Below, piece after piece: positions 29,371 through 39,847 of a stretch of DNA of 64,000 nt. Numbering within the stretch: the first letter of the stretch is position 1; each line of letters starts with the position of its first letter. Source of the DNA: Candidatus Woesebacteria bacterium UBA5073 (GTDB lineage: Bacteria; Patescibacteriota; Microgenomatia; UBA8517). The translations under genes were made by a program, and so were the position numbers. The notes beneath the pieces are model-generated. The model saw only the letters and a program-made list of their open reading frames with translations. It did no database searches and had not been told where the DNA came from. The stretch is from the NCBI GenBank assembly GCA_002415845.1, contig DIAR01000010.1:12920-76919 (forward strand), in the 5' to 3' direction.

Positions 29371-30771
29371 TTAGGCGACCGATACTAACATATCGCCTTT
29401 AGCAAAATCAAGCTGGGGCTCAATTAAGACCCCAAATTCCTCACCCTGGGAAACTTCGGACACTTCCTGTTTTTGTTTTTTGAGGGAGATCGCTCTGACT
29501 TTTCCGATTTCTTTCTCATCGCGCATTAATAAGAGTTTGGTATTTTTGCTGATTTTCCCGCTCAAAATCTTACAGCCGGCAATTTTTTTGTTGTTGAAGG
29601 GGAAAATGGCCACAATTTCAGCCTTCCCCAAGATAACCGTTTTACCTTTTTGAACCAAAGCTTCCAATGCCTCAAAAAGTTCATAAATAATATCAAAGCT
29701 CTTAATGGTTACGCCTTCGGCTTCGGCCAATTTTGAAACGCCGGATGAAGCTTTGGCCTCAAAAGCAAAAATTAAACCGCCCGAGGATTTAGCCATTAAA
29801 ACATCCGATTCATAAATATCACCGACGCTGGCTTCAACCACAATTGCACCGGCAGGAAGATTATTTAAAACCGCTTCCAAGGCCCCTTTATTTTCAGCTT
29901 TGATAACCACGCCAACTTCTTCTTTGCCAACCTTAATTCGGTTTTGTTTCTCCTCTTTTTTAGCAAAGGCCGTTTCTGAAGATGCGATTCTCGAACCAAC
30001 CTCGGGTAGAATTTCAAAACCCAGAACTTGTCCGGCAAAACCGGGAAGAATTTCTTTAGCCCCGCCCTTTTCAGTTAAAATTCCCCTCACCTTAAAACTG
30101 CCCGCATCGGAAAAGAGGCTATCGCCGACCTTGACACTGCCGTTTCGAACAATAACACTGGCCGAAATTCCCCTTTGGTCTTTAACACTTTCAATAACCA
30201 AAGCTTCCAGCGCATCTTCCTTATTGGCTTTAATCTCGTTAACATCAGCCACTAAGGAGATTAATTCCAAGAGTTCTTCAATCCCTTTCCCGGTTTTAGC
30301 CGAAACACCTAAATAAGGCGTGTCACCACCCCGGCCTTCAAACAAAACATTTTCTTTCTCAAGTTGTCCTAAAACCGATTCGATGTTGGTCGACGGCAAA
30401 TCGATTTTAGTTAAAGCAACAATAAAAGGAATTTCGGCTTCTCTTATAAAGGACAGGGCTTCTTTAGTTTGCGGCATCACTCCATCCCCGGCAGCTACAA
30501 CCAAAATAGCAATATCGGCCACCTTGGCCCCACGTGATCTCATCTTGGAAAAAGCAGCATGACCGGGAGTATCAATAAAGGTAATCATCTTTCCCTCTTT
30601 GGTTTTGACTTCCGAAGCTCCGATTTTTTGGGTAATGCCACCTTTTTCTTTTAAGGCCACGCGGGTTTTCCGGATGGTATCCAAAAGAGTGGTTTTGCCA
30701 TGATCAACATGTCCGAGGATGGTGACAATCGGCGGACGAACAGAACTACTGGTTTTTTTATCTTTTTCCAT
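29371..30771 (-). CDS. infB: Translation initiation factor IF-2 (no N-terminal domain)
   Basis: [33 protein letters not shown]; 466 aa. Confidence 0.96.
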   Translation of the reverse strand: MEKDKKTSSSVRPPIVTILGHVDHGKTTLLDTIRKTRVALKEKGGITQKIGASEVKTKEGKMITFIDTPGHAAFSKMRSRGAKVADIAILVVAAGDGVMPQTKEALSFIREAEIPFIVALTKIDLPSTNIESVLGQLEKENVLFEGRGGDTPYLGVSAKTGKGIEELLELISLVADVNEIKANKEDALEALVIESVKDQRGISASVIVRNGSVKVGDSLFSDAGSFKVRGILTEKGGAKEILPGFAGQVLGFEILPEVGSRIASSETAFAKKEEKQNRIKVGKEEVGVVIKAENKGALEAVLNNLPAGAIVVEASVGDIYESDVLMAKSSGGLIFAFEAKASSGVSKLAEAEGVTIKSFDIIYELFEALEALVQKGKTVILGKAEIVAIFPFNNKKIAGCKILSGKISKNTKLLLMRDEKEIGKVRAISLKKQKQEVSEVSQGEEFGVLIEPQLDFAKGDMLVSVA

Positions 30772-30851
30772 ATTATTTTTAAACTTATCTGAAGAAACAG
30801 AAGGTTAATTAACGAAAACTAAAGAATCTTTTTAAAGAAACATTAAGTTTT

Positions 30852-32018
30852 TCATTTGGCTTCGTCGGTTTTAACTTCTTCCGTAACCTCAGGAACTATC
30901 TCTTCCTGTTTTTCTTCTTTTTCCTTAACTTCTTCTTTCACTTCTTTTTTAGCCTTTTTGGCTTTTGGTTCTTTCTTGACCTTTTCTTCTTTCACTTCTT
31001 CTTTTTCCTCAGTTTCCTTTTTGACTTTCTTGACGCCTTTAACGGGGAGGGCTTCAACTTCAATTCTCCAGCCGGTTAATTTGGCAGCCAACCTGACGTT
31101 TTGTCCGTCTTTACCGATAGCCATCGACAATTGGTCTTCAGGAGCCTTAACTTTGGCAATCATATTTTCTTTGTCCAGGGTAACGACCAAATTTTCGGCC
31201 GGGGAAAGGGCACCGGCAATCAATTCTTTGACATCTTCGGAGTATGGAATCAAATCAACTCTTTCGCCACCCAATTCGTTGGTGACGGCCTGAACTCGAA
31301 CGCCTTTTTGGCCGACACAGCTGCCGACCGGATCAACCCCGGACTGGGTTGAGGTAACGGCAATTTTGGTTCTGATGCCTGCTTCTCTGGCAATAGTCTT
31401 AATAGAAACGCTACCCGAAGCAATTTCCGGTACTTCTCTGGCAAACAGTTTTTCAACGAAGAGTGGATCGGCTCTTGAAAGAATCAACTCTTTCCCTTTA
31501 AGGGTTTCTTCAATCGCTTTCAAAAGAAAAGTTTGCCTTTGGTTGGCGGTTAGTCTTTCATTGGGAATTCGTTCTTCGGCCGGCATGATGGCTTCGGTTC
31601 GACCGATATCAACGCGAACGTTGGGGCCATCAAATCTCAAGATCATTCCGGAAATTAAGCTTCCAATCCGATCGGAAAAGTCGGCCATAATGGCACCTTT
31701 TTCGGCTTCTCTGATTTTTTGGTGAATAACCTGCTTGGCGGTCTGGGCGGCAATGCGTCCAAAACCTGGAGGTGTCACATCTTTCTTGGCTTCTGGCTTC
31801 TCAAGTGGCCAGGCAAAAACTTTGGCTTCACCGTTGATGGGGTTTATCTCAACGTCAAAATCCATTTCTTCCGTTTCCTCACCCCGTTCTTTGGCGTCTC
31901 TTCGGTAAGCTGCAATAATCGCTTGCTTAATCGTGTCGATAATCACGTTAGCATCAAGACCCCGCTCGGTCGCGATGGCCTTTAAAGCTTGAGCAAATTC
32001 TGTTCTTGGCGTTTGCAT
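30852..32018 (-). CDS. nusA: Transcription factor NusA (likely start ATG 32018; lysine/glutamate-rich tail)
   Basis: FGRIAAQTAKQV, LFAREVPEI, AREAGIRTK, DPVGSCVG, AIGKDGQNVRLAAKLTGW. Confidence 0.96.
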   Translation of the reverse strand: MQTPRTEFAQALKAIATERGLDANVIIDTIKQAIIAAYRRDAKERGEETEEMDFDVEINPINGEAKVFAWPLEKPEAKKDVTPPGFGRIAAQTAKQVIHQKIREAEKGAIMADFSDRIGSLISGMILRFDGPNVRVDIGRTEAIMPAEERIPNERLTANQRQTFLLKAIEETLKGKELILSRADPLFVEKLFAREVPEIASGSVSIKTIAREAGIRTKIAVTSTQSGVDPVGSCVGQKGVRVQAVTNELGGERVDLIPYSEDVKELIAGALSPAENLVVTLDKENMIAKVKAPEDQLSMAIGKDGQNVRLAAKLTGWRIEVEALPVKGVKKVKKETEEKEEVKEEKVKKEPKAKKAKKEVKEEVKEKEEKQEEIVPEVTEEVKTDEAK

Positions 32019-32030
32019 GTTTATATTTTT

Positions 32031-32059
32031 AAAAAAAAGGGTGGGACTTTCTTCCCACC
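32031..32059 (-). terminator. rimP-leader-like attenuator upstream of nusA
   Basis: Minus GGTGGGA-AGAAAG-TCCCACC-C-T8, between a TTGACT-N17-TAAACT promoter (32117-32089) and the nusA ATG. Confidence 0.7.
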
Positions 32060-32121
32060 ACCCCACAAACCTAAATAATCTAACGCTTAGTTTACCTTAG
32101 AAGGAAAAAGAAGTCAAACCT

Positions 32122-32994
32122 CTAGAAGCCACGGTCTTTGAGTTCCTCAATCACCTTTTTTTGTTCTCTGTTTAGTTTTTCGGGCGTTATGACGTTAATT
32201 TTGACATACTCATCACCATGTCCCCGGTGTCTTAAACTTTTAATGCCTCTTTCCCGAAGTCTAACCATGATACCGGATTGGGTTCCCGGCCTGATTTTTA
32301 GTTTTAACTCCCCGTCAATCGTCGGAACTTTAATGTCGCCACCAAAAACGGCCATGGAAAAGGGGATCCCGACCTTAACATAAACGTCTTCACCATCTCT
32401 TTCAAAAAGTTCATCCTGCTTAACATTCAGGGAAAGAATAAAATCGTTAAAGTTAATCCGGGATCCCTCATCGACTCCGGCCGGTATTTTAATCTTTCTC
32501 TTTTTTCCCTCAACGATCACTTCCCGTTCACACCCCTTAACCGCTTCCATAAAATCAAGCGTTAGGGAATAGCGGGGAATTTGTCTTGCCTGCCTAAAAG
32601 GACTGCCTCCTCCGAAAAATTGTTCAAATATATCAAAGGGGTCACCGAAATCAAAACTGGCAAAAGGATTTCCCTGTCCTCCACCACTGTTGGAATAATA
32701 AGTATAGGAAGAAAAAGGATTTCCCTGTCCTCCACCTGAGAAAGGACTGCCTCCACCGGGCGCAAAAGCACTGTGTCCATACTGGTCATAAGCACTTCTT
32801 TTTTGGGTATCGGATAACACCTGATAGGCTTCGTTTATCTCTTTGAAGCGTTTTTCGGCAGCTTCCTTCTCGTCTTTGTGTCGATCGGGGTGCCATTCAA
32901 GAGCTTGTTTCCTATATGCTTTTTTTATTTCTTCAGCTGAGGCGCCTTTAGAAACCCCTAAAATATCGTAGTAATCTGATTTTGAAGCGGCCAC
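32122..32994 (-). CDS. dnaJ: DnaJ-class co-chaperone lacking the zinc finger (class B)
   Basis: J domain with HPD, G/F-rich region, C-terminal domain, no CxxCxGxG repeats; GTG start. Confidence 0.9.
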   Translation of the reverse strand: MAASKSDYYDILGVSKGASAEEIKKAYRKQALEWHPDRHKDEKEAAEKRFKEINEAYQVLSDTQKRSAYDQYGHSAFAPGGGSPFSGGGQGNPFSSYTYYSNSGGGQGNPFASFDFGDPFDIFEQFFGGGSPFRQARQIPRYSLTLDFMEAVKGCEREVIVEGKKRKIKIPAGVDEGSRINFNDFILSLNVKQDELFERDGEDVYVKVGIPFSMAVFGGDIKVPTIDGELKLKIRPGTQSGIMVRLRERGIKSLRHRGHGDEYVKINVITPEKLNREQKKVIEELKDRGF

Positions 32995-32998
32995 ACTA

Positions 32999-34891
32999 TT
33001 ATTCTACAACTTCCCCTTCTTCAACCTTTTCGTCCTTTTTGTCTTCTTTTTTTTCTTCCTTTTTATCCTCTTTACTCTCTTCCTTCTTTTCTTCCGGTTT
33101 TTGATACATCGCTTGACCGATTTGAGAAAGAGTCTCGGAGAGATCTTTGACTTTAGTTTCAATTTCTTCTTTGCTTCCCTTTTCCAAAGTCTCTTTAACG
33201 GCTTTAATTTTTTCTTCCACTTTCTCTTTAATATCCTTCGGAGCTTTCTCTCCTGCATCTTTTAAGGCTTTCTCGGCGGTTGATACCATAGCATCAGCCT
33301 GGTTCTTGGTTTGAATGAGTTCCGCTTTCTTGGTGTCTTCCTCTTTGTGCTTTTCGGCTTCTTCCTGCATTCTTTTAACCTCATCGTCAGAAAGTCCAAC
33401 CGCACCTGTTATCTTGATGTTTTGGGTTTTACCTGTCGCTTTGTCTTTGGCCGTAACCGTTAAGATTCCCGAGGCATCCATATCAAAAGTAACTTCAACC
33501 TGAGGTACACCTCTGGGGGCCGGGGGAATTCCGTCTAAGATAAATCTGCCTAATGATTTATTGTCCGGTGAAAGTGGTCTTTCTCCCTGAGTGACATTGA
33601 TTTCCACCTGGGTCTGATTATCGGCTGCGGTTGAAAACACTTCGGTCTTGCTGGTTGGAATAGTCATGTTTCTTGGAATCATGGGAGTGGCTACATTGCC
33701 CAAGGTTTCAATCGCTAAAGTTAAGGGGGTCACATCCAATAAAAGAATGTCTTTGACTTCCCCACCCAATACTCCGGCCTGAATGGCGGCCCCAACCGCT
33801 ACGACTTCATCCGGGTTAACGCTTTTATTCGGTTCTTTGCCAAAGAAACTTTTAACGGTTTCTATAACTTTAGGCATTCTGGTCATTCCGCCAACCAAAA
33901 TAACTTCATCAATGTCTTTGGTTTCCAGTTTGGCATCTTTAAGACATGCATTAACCGGAGCCATTGTTTTTTCAATTAAGTCTTCGACCAAACCTTCCAA
34001 TTTAGCTCTGGTTAACTTCATAGACAAATGAAGCGGGTTGCCGTCTTTCTGGGTAATGTAGGCCTGATTAATTTCGACTTCGTTGGCAGCCGAGAGTTCA
34101 ATCTTGGCTTTTTCGGCGGCGTCTCTGACTCGCTGTAGGGCTTGTTTGTCGGCTTTCAAATCAACGGCAAACTCTTTTTTAAATTCAGACACAATGTAGT
34201 CAACAATGACTTCATCAAAATCATCGCCTCCGAGGTGGGTATCACCGTTGGTGGCTTTAACTTCAAAAACACCATCCCCCAATTCAAGAATAGAAATATC
34301 AAAAGTGCCTCCACCCAAATCATAAACGGCAATCTTTTCGTTTTTCTTTTTATCAAGGCCATATGCCAAGGCAGCGGCTGTTGGTTCATTAATGATTCGC
34401 TCCACCTTTAAGCCCGCTATCTCTCCTGCTTGTTTGGTCGCCTGTCTTTGCGCATCATCAAAATAAGCCGGAACGGTAATAACGGCTCCCGTTACTTCTT
34501 CACCCAAATGGGCTTCGGCATCTTTTTTGAGCTTCATTAAAATTCTGGCTGAAATTTCCTGAGGGGTATAGTTTTTACCTTCAACTTCAACATCAGCCAT
34601 ACCGTCTTTTCCGCTTTTAACTTCATAAGGAACCATCTCAATCGTTCTTTTGACTTCTTTGTCTTCAAACCTTCGGCCCATGATTCTTTTAATGGAGTAA
34701 ATCGTGTTTTTGGGGTTTAAGATAACCTGTCTTTTGGCCACATCGCCAACTAAATTTTTAACCGGTTCAACAACCGACGGCGTAATGTTACGGCCCGTAT
34801 CGGCAGCCGGAATAACTTTTGGTCGGCCACCTTCCATAACGGCCACGCAAGAATTGGTTGTTCCTAAATCAATACCGATAATTTTTCCCAT
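32999..34891 (-). CDS. dnaK: Chaperone DnaK
   Basis: [30 protein letters not shown]. Confidence 0.99.
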   Translation of the reverse strand: MGKIIGIDLGTTNSCVAVMEGGRPKVIPAADTGRNITPSVVEPVKNLVGDVAKRQVILNPKNTIYSIKRIMGRRFEDKEVKRTIEMVPYEVKSGKDGMADVEVEGKNYTPQEISARILMKLKKDAEAHLGEEVTGAVITVPAYFDDAQRQATKQAGEIAGLKVERIINEPTAAALAYGLDKKKNEKIAVYDLGGGTFDISILELGDGVFEVKATNGDTHLGGDDFDEVIVDYIVSEFKKEFAVDLKADKQALQRVRDAAEKAKIELSAANEVEINQAYITQKDGNPLHLSMKLTRAKLEGLVEDLIEKTMAPVNACLKDAKLETKDIDEVILVGGMTRMPKVIETVKSFFGKEPNKSVNPDEVVAVGAAIQAGVLGGEVKDILLLDVTPLTLAIETLGNVATPMIPRNMTIPTSKTEVFSTAADNQTQVEINVTQGERPLSPDNKSLGRFILDGIPPAPRGVPQVEVTFDMDASGILTVTAKDKATGKTQNIKITGAVGLSDDEVKRMQEEAEKHKEEDTKKAELIQTKNQADAMVSTAEKALKDAGEKAPKDIKEKVEEKIKAVKETLEKGSKEEIETKVKDLSETLSQIGQAMYQKPEEKKEESKEDKKEEKKEDKKDEKVEEGEVVE

Positions 34892-34893
34892 TT

Positions 34894-35331
34894 TTATTTT
34901 TCCTCCTTTTTAACTCTCACTTTGGTGTGTCTGATCACCGGGCCTTCGATAAATCTCCAGCCGGTTAATAATATCTCGTCAACCTTAGCTTTTCCTTTAG
35001 AAAGTGGGTTACCAACAACTTCGATAGCTTCGTGAATTTCCGGATTAAACTCATCCCCAACCTTAACTTTAATTTCTTCAATCCCTTCACTTATTAGGGC
35101 TTTCTCAAATTCCTCAACCGTTAAGGCAATGCCCGGATCTTTAACATGAGCCTGTGACTTTTTAATTATATCCAAAACCGGCAATAATTTAACAACCAGT
35201 CGCAAATTGGAAACCTTTTCAAAGATTTGTTTTTCTTTCTCAACTCTTTTTCGCAAATTATCATAATCAGCCAGGGCCCTAGCCAATTGACCGCTTAACA
35301 TTATTTCTTTAGTTTTTATATCTTTTTTCAT
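34894..35331 (-). CDS. grpE: Nucleotide exchange factor GrpE
   Basis: [20 protein letters not shown]; operon position. Confidence 0.93.
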   Translation of the reverse strand: MKKDIKTKEIMLSGQLARALADYDNLRKRVEKEKQIFEKVSNLRLVVKLLPVLDIIKKSQAHVKDPGIALTVEEFEKALISEGIEEIKVKVGDEFNPEIHEAIEVVGNPLSKGKAKVDEILLTGWRFIEGPVIRHTKVRVKKEEK

Positions 35332-35364
35332 ATTGGTTTTATTATTTATTTATTATATTTAATC

Positions 35365-36090
35365 TTAACCGATTTCTTCAATTAAGCCCTTAAAATACCG
35401 TAAAATCGGAATAACCGTTGGGTAACTTAATCTGACCGGTCCGATTATGCCCAAAGCACCCTTTTTCCCTTTAACGTCAAAGTGGGTAGTGACCACACCA
35501 ATCGGTGATAATTCCGGCCAACCCATTTCTTCACCGAATAAAACATCGATCGGGCTTCCAGATGGGGCTTTTTGAAAAAAAAGTTCCCTGACCCGGTCAA
35601 CTTCTTCCAACATACCAAACAAGCTGGCACAAACCCGAATATCGGCAAACTCGGGATTAACAAAAATATTGGCATAACCTGCATGCCAAATCTTCCCTTC
35701 ATCGGTAGCGGCAATCGCCAGACTTTTAGTTCTTTCAGCCAAAGCATGGGTAGCTTCTTCCAAAAGGGAATCTAAATTGTTTCTTGAGTCCCAAACCTCT
35801 TCTTTGGTTTTAACCTCGTCGGCCAAACTCATTTGCCGTTCTTCCATTAATTGGTCAATGTAAAATTTCATGGCGGTGGGGGTCGGAATTCGACCGGCTG
35901 AAGTATGGGGTTGCTTTAAATAATTTAATTTGGTCAGTTCAACCATTTCATTTCTAATGGTTGCGGGAGAAACTCCTAAATTATATTTTTTGTCCAGGTT
36001 TTCCGAACCAACCGGACCAGCTTGTTCAATGTATTCGTCAATTAAAGCTTTTAAGATTTGTGTTTGTCTGGCACTTAATCCTTCAGTCAT
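35365..36090 (-). CDS. hrcA: Heat-inducible transcription repressor HrcA (compact)
   Basis: PVGS, SPATIRNEM, QPHTSAGRIPT, GIIGPVRLSY. Confidence 0.95.
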   Translation of the reverse strand: MTEGLSARQTQILKALIDEYIEQAGPVGSENLDKKYNLGVSPATIRNEMVELTKLNYLKQPHTSAGRIPTPTAMKFYIDQLMEERQMSLADEVKTKEEVWDSRNNLDSLLEEATHALAERTKSLAIAATDEGKIWHAGYANIFVNPEFADIRVCASLFGMLEEVDRVRELFFQKAPSGSPIDVLFGEEMGWPELSPIGVVTTHFDVKGKKGALGIIGPVRLSYPTVIPILRYFKGLIEEIG

Positions 36091-36092
36091 AA

Positions 36093-36129
36093 TTAGCAGT
36101 AATGTAGCATGAGTGCTAAGTCATGTCAA
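36093..36129 (-). promoter_or_regulatory. CIRCE operator overlapping the hrcA promoter
   Basis: Minus TTAGCACTC-N9-TACTGCTAA (36119-36093; consensus TTAGCACTC-N9-GAGTGCTAA); TTGACA (36129-36124)-N17-TACATT. Confidence 0.9.
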
Positions 36130-36136
36130 GAGGTTT

Positions 36137-37855
36137 TTAATCAGTGTCGCCTGTCGGTGGGGCTATCGGCTCTTCTTCTTTAGTCGAAATCGGCCCGACT
36201 TTTCGGGAAATGAAGCGTTTCATTAGATTAAAGAAAAAACCAACCTCTTTGGACTTTAACAAAACCGAAATGCCCAAATAAACGATTCCGCCCAGGATAA
36301 TAACAACAATTGTTAGGATTAAAAGGTTGGTGGTGTAGCGGGTATCCAAAACAAATTTCTCAAAATGGATATTCTCAATCCCTAAGCCACCCATAAAAGA
36401 AAGTCTTTTAACCCAAACCGAACGGTCAAAAAATTTCAGGATAAAAAACATGACCAAACCGGAACAAACCGAAGAAAAAATAACTTTTAAGATTTCTAAT
36501 AATTGTTTGGCAACTATCCCATCACCAACTCTTTTTAGAATTAAGCAAAACAGTGTGGTTGCCTGAATAAAAGAACCCAAGGTGAAAGCTGCCGCCAGTC
36601 CCCAAGCGGGAAGGTGAAAAACCCGAATGAGAACAAAGTCGGCAATGATGTTAACGGTAATGGCGGATAAAGAAATGATGACTGGCGTCTTGGTGTCATG
36701 CAGGGCATAAAAGGCTCTAGCCAATAAAGCGGAGGTGACCTGAAAGACAACTCCAACGGCAAAGGCTGATACAACCATCCCCGTTTGAACCGTCGCCTCC
36801 CAGGAAAAAAGGTCCGTTCCATAAATAAGTCTGACAATCGGAATTCTTAAAACAATCAAGGTAACGGCAATTGGAGTAACCAAAAAAACCATCTGATTGA
36901 GGGCATTAAAAAGGGTTTTTTTGAATTCCACCGGATTGTCGGCTTGTCTGGAAAGAGTCGGCAGGGCCGCTTTGGCAATTGAGGTTCCAAAGAGACCAAC
37001 CGGCAAAAGCTGGATTGAATTACCAAAAGTAAAAAAAGTATATGAGGCAGTGGAAATCATGGAAGCCAAGAAAAGTTCGACTGATTTGGCTACTTGTAAA
37101 AAGGACACTTCAATAATCCTAGGAAGTGCCAACTTCCCGATCTTTCTAACTTCATCTGTCAATTTTAAACTAAAATGAAAACGAAAACCGAGTTTAATCG
37201 CCAGGGGCAACTGAATTAAAAAGTGAAGACCGGCCCCAATCACCACGCCGTAAACCGGCGCCATCAAGCCATATTTGGGAGCAAAAAAGATGGTTCCCAA
37301 AATAATCCCCAAGTTATAAAAAAGAGGGGCAATAGCCGGAACCAGAAAGCGCCGCAAGGATTCCAACACGGCCGTCATGACATAGGAGATAACAAAAAAA
37401 CCCTGAGCCGCAAATAATAATCGGGTCATTAAAACAATCTTGTCCCGATGTTCCAAACTAAACCCCGGCGTCAAAATACCGTACAGCTGGTTGGCGAAAA
37501 CAATAATAACAACGGCCAGAACCAAAAAGATGAGCATCCCGATATTGGCCACCGTTGAAGCAATTTGCCAGGCTTCTTTCCGACCTTTTTTCAAAGCTCT
37601 GGTAAAAACCGGAATAAAGGCCGAAGAAAAAGTGCCGAAAATCAAAACCTCAAAAACCAGATCGGGTAAACGGAAGGCAGCAAAAAACAAAGACAAATCA
37701 CCGGGAACAAAAAAATGGGCCAGTGTTCTTTGCCTTACCAGGCCTAAAACTCGGGAGGCCACTACCATCAACATAATAATGGTGGCGGCTGATAAGACCG
37801 AAGACTGTTGGGAAAGAAAAATCTTTTTTCCTTTGTTAATAAGTTTATTGACCAT
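36137..37855 (-). CDS. murJ: Lipid II flippase MurJ (MviN)
   Basis: SRVLGLVR, AFRLPD, SAFIPVF, RAFYALHDTKTP; multi-TM. Confidence 0.93.
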   Translation of the reverse strand: MVNKLINKGKKIFLSQQSSVLSAATIIMLMVVASRVLGLVRQRTLAHFFVPGDLSLFFAAFRLPDLVFEVLIFGTFSSAFIPVFTRALKKGRKEAWQIASTVANIGMLIFLVLAVVIIVFANQLYGILTPGFSLEHRDKIVLMTRLLFAAQGFFVISYVMTAVLESLRRFLVPAIAPLFYNLGIILGTIFFAPKYGLMAPVYGVVIGAGLHFLIQLPLAIKLGFRFHFSLKLTDEVRKIGKLALPRIIEVSFLQVAKSVELFLASMISTASYTFFTFGNSIQLLPVGLFGTSIAKAALPTLSRQADNPVEFKKTLFNALNQMVFLVTPIAVTLIVLRIPIVRLIYGTDLFSWEATVQTGMVVSAFAVGVVFQVTSALLARAFYALHDTKTPVIISLSAITVNIIADFVLIRVFHLPAWGLAAAFTLGSFIQATTLFCLILKRVGDGIVAKQLLEILKVIFSSVCSGLVMFFILKFFDRSVWVKRLSFMGGLGIENIHFEKFVLDTRYTTNLLILTIVVIILGGIVYLGISVLLKSKEVGFFFNLMKRFISRKVGPISTKEEEPIAPPTGDTD

Positions 37856-37861
37856 ACGCGA

Positions 37862-37890
37862 TTGAATTTACGATTATTTTCGATTATACT
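37862..37890 (+). promoter_or_regulatory. rpsT promoter
   Basis: TTGAAT-N17-TATACT. Confidence 0.6.
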
Positions 37891-37939
37891 TCCATTTTGG
37901 AGAAACAAGAATAAGAAATTCTCTAAAAATTTTATAAAA

Positions 37940-38236
37940 ATGCCAGTAACCAAAACAGCCAAAAGAGCCCTCAGAAGCTCAAAAAGAAAGAGTGAAGTTA
38001 ACGCCAAAATTGCCGCCCAATTGGCGGTTTTAATGCGTCAAGCCAAAAAAACCAAATCGGCCGAAAAAATTAGAATGGCTATGTCCTTGGCCGATCGTGC
38101 CGCCAAGAAAAAGGCCATTCATGCCAATAAAGCTTCACGAATTAAAAAGGTTTTGGCCAAATTAATGCCTAAGGTTTCCGTTAAAACCGCTGCTAAAAAA
38201 ACCGTTAAAAAGACCCCTGTTAAGAAAAGTAAATAA
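37940..38236 (+). CDS. rpsT: 30S ribosomal protein S20 (start ATG 37940; Lys-rich tail)
   Basis: MPVTKTAKRALR, DRAAKK..IHANKASR. Confidence 0.92.
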   Translation: MPVTKTAKRALRSSKRKSEVNAKIAAQLAVLMRQAKKTKSAEKIRMAMSLADRAAKKKAIHANKASRIKKVLAKLMPKVSVKTAAKKTVKKTPVKKSK

Positions 38237-38285
38237 TCCCCTTTTTCCCTTTCGGTCAGCCTCAGCAATATGATATAGTGGTTTG

Positions 38286-38858
38286 ATGGCTGCCCTTAAA
38301 AAAGTAATTAAAATTAATCTTTTACCCCAAGAAGAATTTGCCAAAAGTACTTTTGGGCGAATCTTAACTTGGGCCTTATCCGGTTTCAGAGTCATCGTTA
38401 TTGCCGTGGAACTGATAGTGATGGCGGCTTTCCTTTCCCGCTTTTGGCTCGACGCTAAAATTAACGATTTAAACGATGTTATCCGGCAAAAACAAGCTTT
38501 AATTTCTTCCCAAGGCGAGTTTGAAAAGAAATTCAGGGATATTCAAACCAGAATCACCATTTTTAGCGGAGCCAAAGCCATGGCTTCTACCCCCTCAACC
38601 GAACTGGAAAAAATTGCCGCTTTTCTGCCAATGGATGTTGCCCTTTCTTCATTTACCTTTAATGAAGGAAAGGTTCAGATAAAAGGTGTTGCCGGCAGTG
38701 AAATTTCGGTTGCCCAATTAATGGCCAATTTGGAAGGAACCAAGCAATACAAAGAGGTTCTTTTAACTTCCGTCGGCAATGACCCAAAAAATGAAGCCAT
38801 GATTACTTTTATCCTGGATTTAACACTGGGAACAACCGAACAAAAGAAAGGAACTTAA
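38286..38858 (+). CDS. PilN-like type IV pilus alignment protein
   Basis: INLLP motif, TM, coiled coil, LP.DV.L...G.V.I.G domain; leaderless TGA-TATAGT-N6-ATG. Confidence 0.8.
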   Translation: MAALKKVIKINLLPQEEFAKSTFGRILTWALSGFRVIVIAVELIVMAAFLSRFWLDAKINDLNDVIRQKQALISSQGEFEKKFRDIQTRITIFSGAKAMASTPSTELEKIAAFLPMDVALSSFTFNEGKVQIKGVAGSEISVAQLMANLEGTKQYKEVLLTSVGNDPKNEAMITFILDLTLGTTEQKKGT

Positions 38859-38861
38859 AGA

Positions 38862-39512
38862 ATGGCACCTAATTGGCGAAAAGAATATTCCCGTTATCAA
38901 ATCATCTTTGCAAAGGTTTTGGAAGTTTATCGAAAAAGACCGGACGTCAAAACTTTTCTTGAACTACTTCTGACTCTTTCGACTGTGGCTATTTTTACTG
39001 TTTTTGCTTTAAAACCAACTGTCATTACCATTATTCAACTTCTAAAAGACATTAAAACCAAGGAAACGGTCATTGTACAAATGGATACCAAAATCAAAGC
39101 CTTGGCTAGTGCCCAAAACCTTTTTTCCCAAGAAGCCAGAAGAATCGTTTATGTTACCAAGTCAGTTCCGGAAAAAGCCTTACCGGAAAACCTTGTCCGT
39201 GAATTGGAGGGTTTGGCCCAAAAGAACGCCGTCACCCTAAACAGTGTTTCAATTAACGAATTAACCCTTCTTGGGGTAAGTACCGAAAAGGTTAATCCAA
39301 AGGAACAAATTTTTCTTCAGGGAGCCAGTGGGCTAGCTTTTACCGCCAACACAAATGCCGACTTTACCGTCCTGCTACCTTTCTTAAAAGATTTGGAAAA
39401 GTTTTTGCGGCCGGTTGTTCTTGACAGCTTTTCCATAGCCACGGGTGTCAATCAAGAAACCAAAACAATCAACATGTCTATTTCAGGCAAGGTTCCGTAT
39501 TTGAGTAAATAA
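38862..39512 (+). CDS. PilO-like protein
   Basis: TM plus coiled coil, VP..LE.LA...V.L and F..LL.FL..LE...R patterns; follows pilN. Confidence 0.75.
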   Translation: MAPNWRKEYSRYQIIFAKVLEVYRKRPDVKTFLELLLTLSTVAIFTVFALKPTVITIIQLLKDIKTKETVIVQMDTKIKALASAQNLFSQEARRIVYVTKSVPEKALPENLVRELEGLAQKNAVTLNSVSINELTLLGVSTEKVNPKEQIFLQGASGLAFTANTNADFTVLLPFLKDLEKFLRPVVLDSFSIATGVNQETKTINMSISGKVPYLSK

Positions 39513-39514
39513 TT

Positions 39515-39847
39515 ATGCCCAAAAAACAAAAACCATTTTTTGTAAGAATTGTTATCCTTTCAACCGTCACGGCCATTGTCTGGGTTGGATCAACTATTTA
39601 TAAAACCGTTTCAAAAAAAGAGGAGCCGAACATTCCCGTCCAGATATTAGAACCCCTGACTCCGACTTTAGACAAAAAGGTACTTGACGAATTAGAGAAT
39701 CGGGTGTTTCTTGAAGAGAGCACAATCCCTGAAACAAGGGTTGAGGTTGGTGTTCAAGCAGCAACACCAAAACCGGTTGAAACGATTGCCCCGGAGGAAA
39801 CACCTGTGGCGACCGAATCAGGAGAAGAAGCAGGAGAAGAAATATGA
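39515..39847 (+). CDS. Small membrane-anchored protein (PilP position)
   Basis: N-terminal TM, acidic/Pro tail; follows pilO. Confidence 0.55.
   Translation: MPKKQKPFFVRIVILSTVTAIVWVGSTIYKTVSKKEEPNIPVQILEPLTPTLDKKVLDELENRVFLEESTIPETRVEVGVQAATPKPVETIAPEETPVATESGEEAGEEI

Noticed and set aside
30772-30851. Possible small gene or RNA between nusA and infB (contains GTTAATTAAC)
   Set aside because: Only a 3-codon ORF on the coding strand; an AT-rich palindrome is expected by chance; no stable structure seen.
37808-37939. N-terminal extension of S20 (likewise the extensions on nusA, pcrA, yerC-like and GT2 in the ORF track)
   Set aside because: The extensions overlap promoters, terminators or neighbouring genes; downstream ATGs match the family starts.
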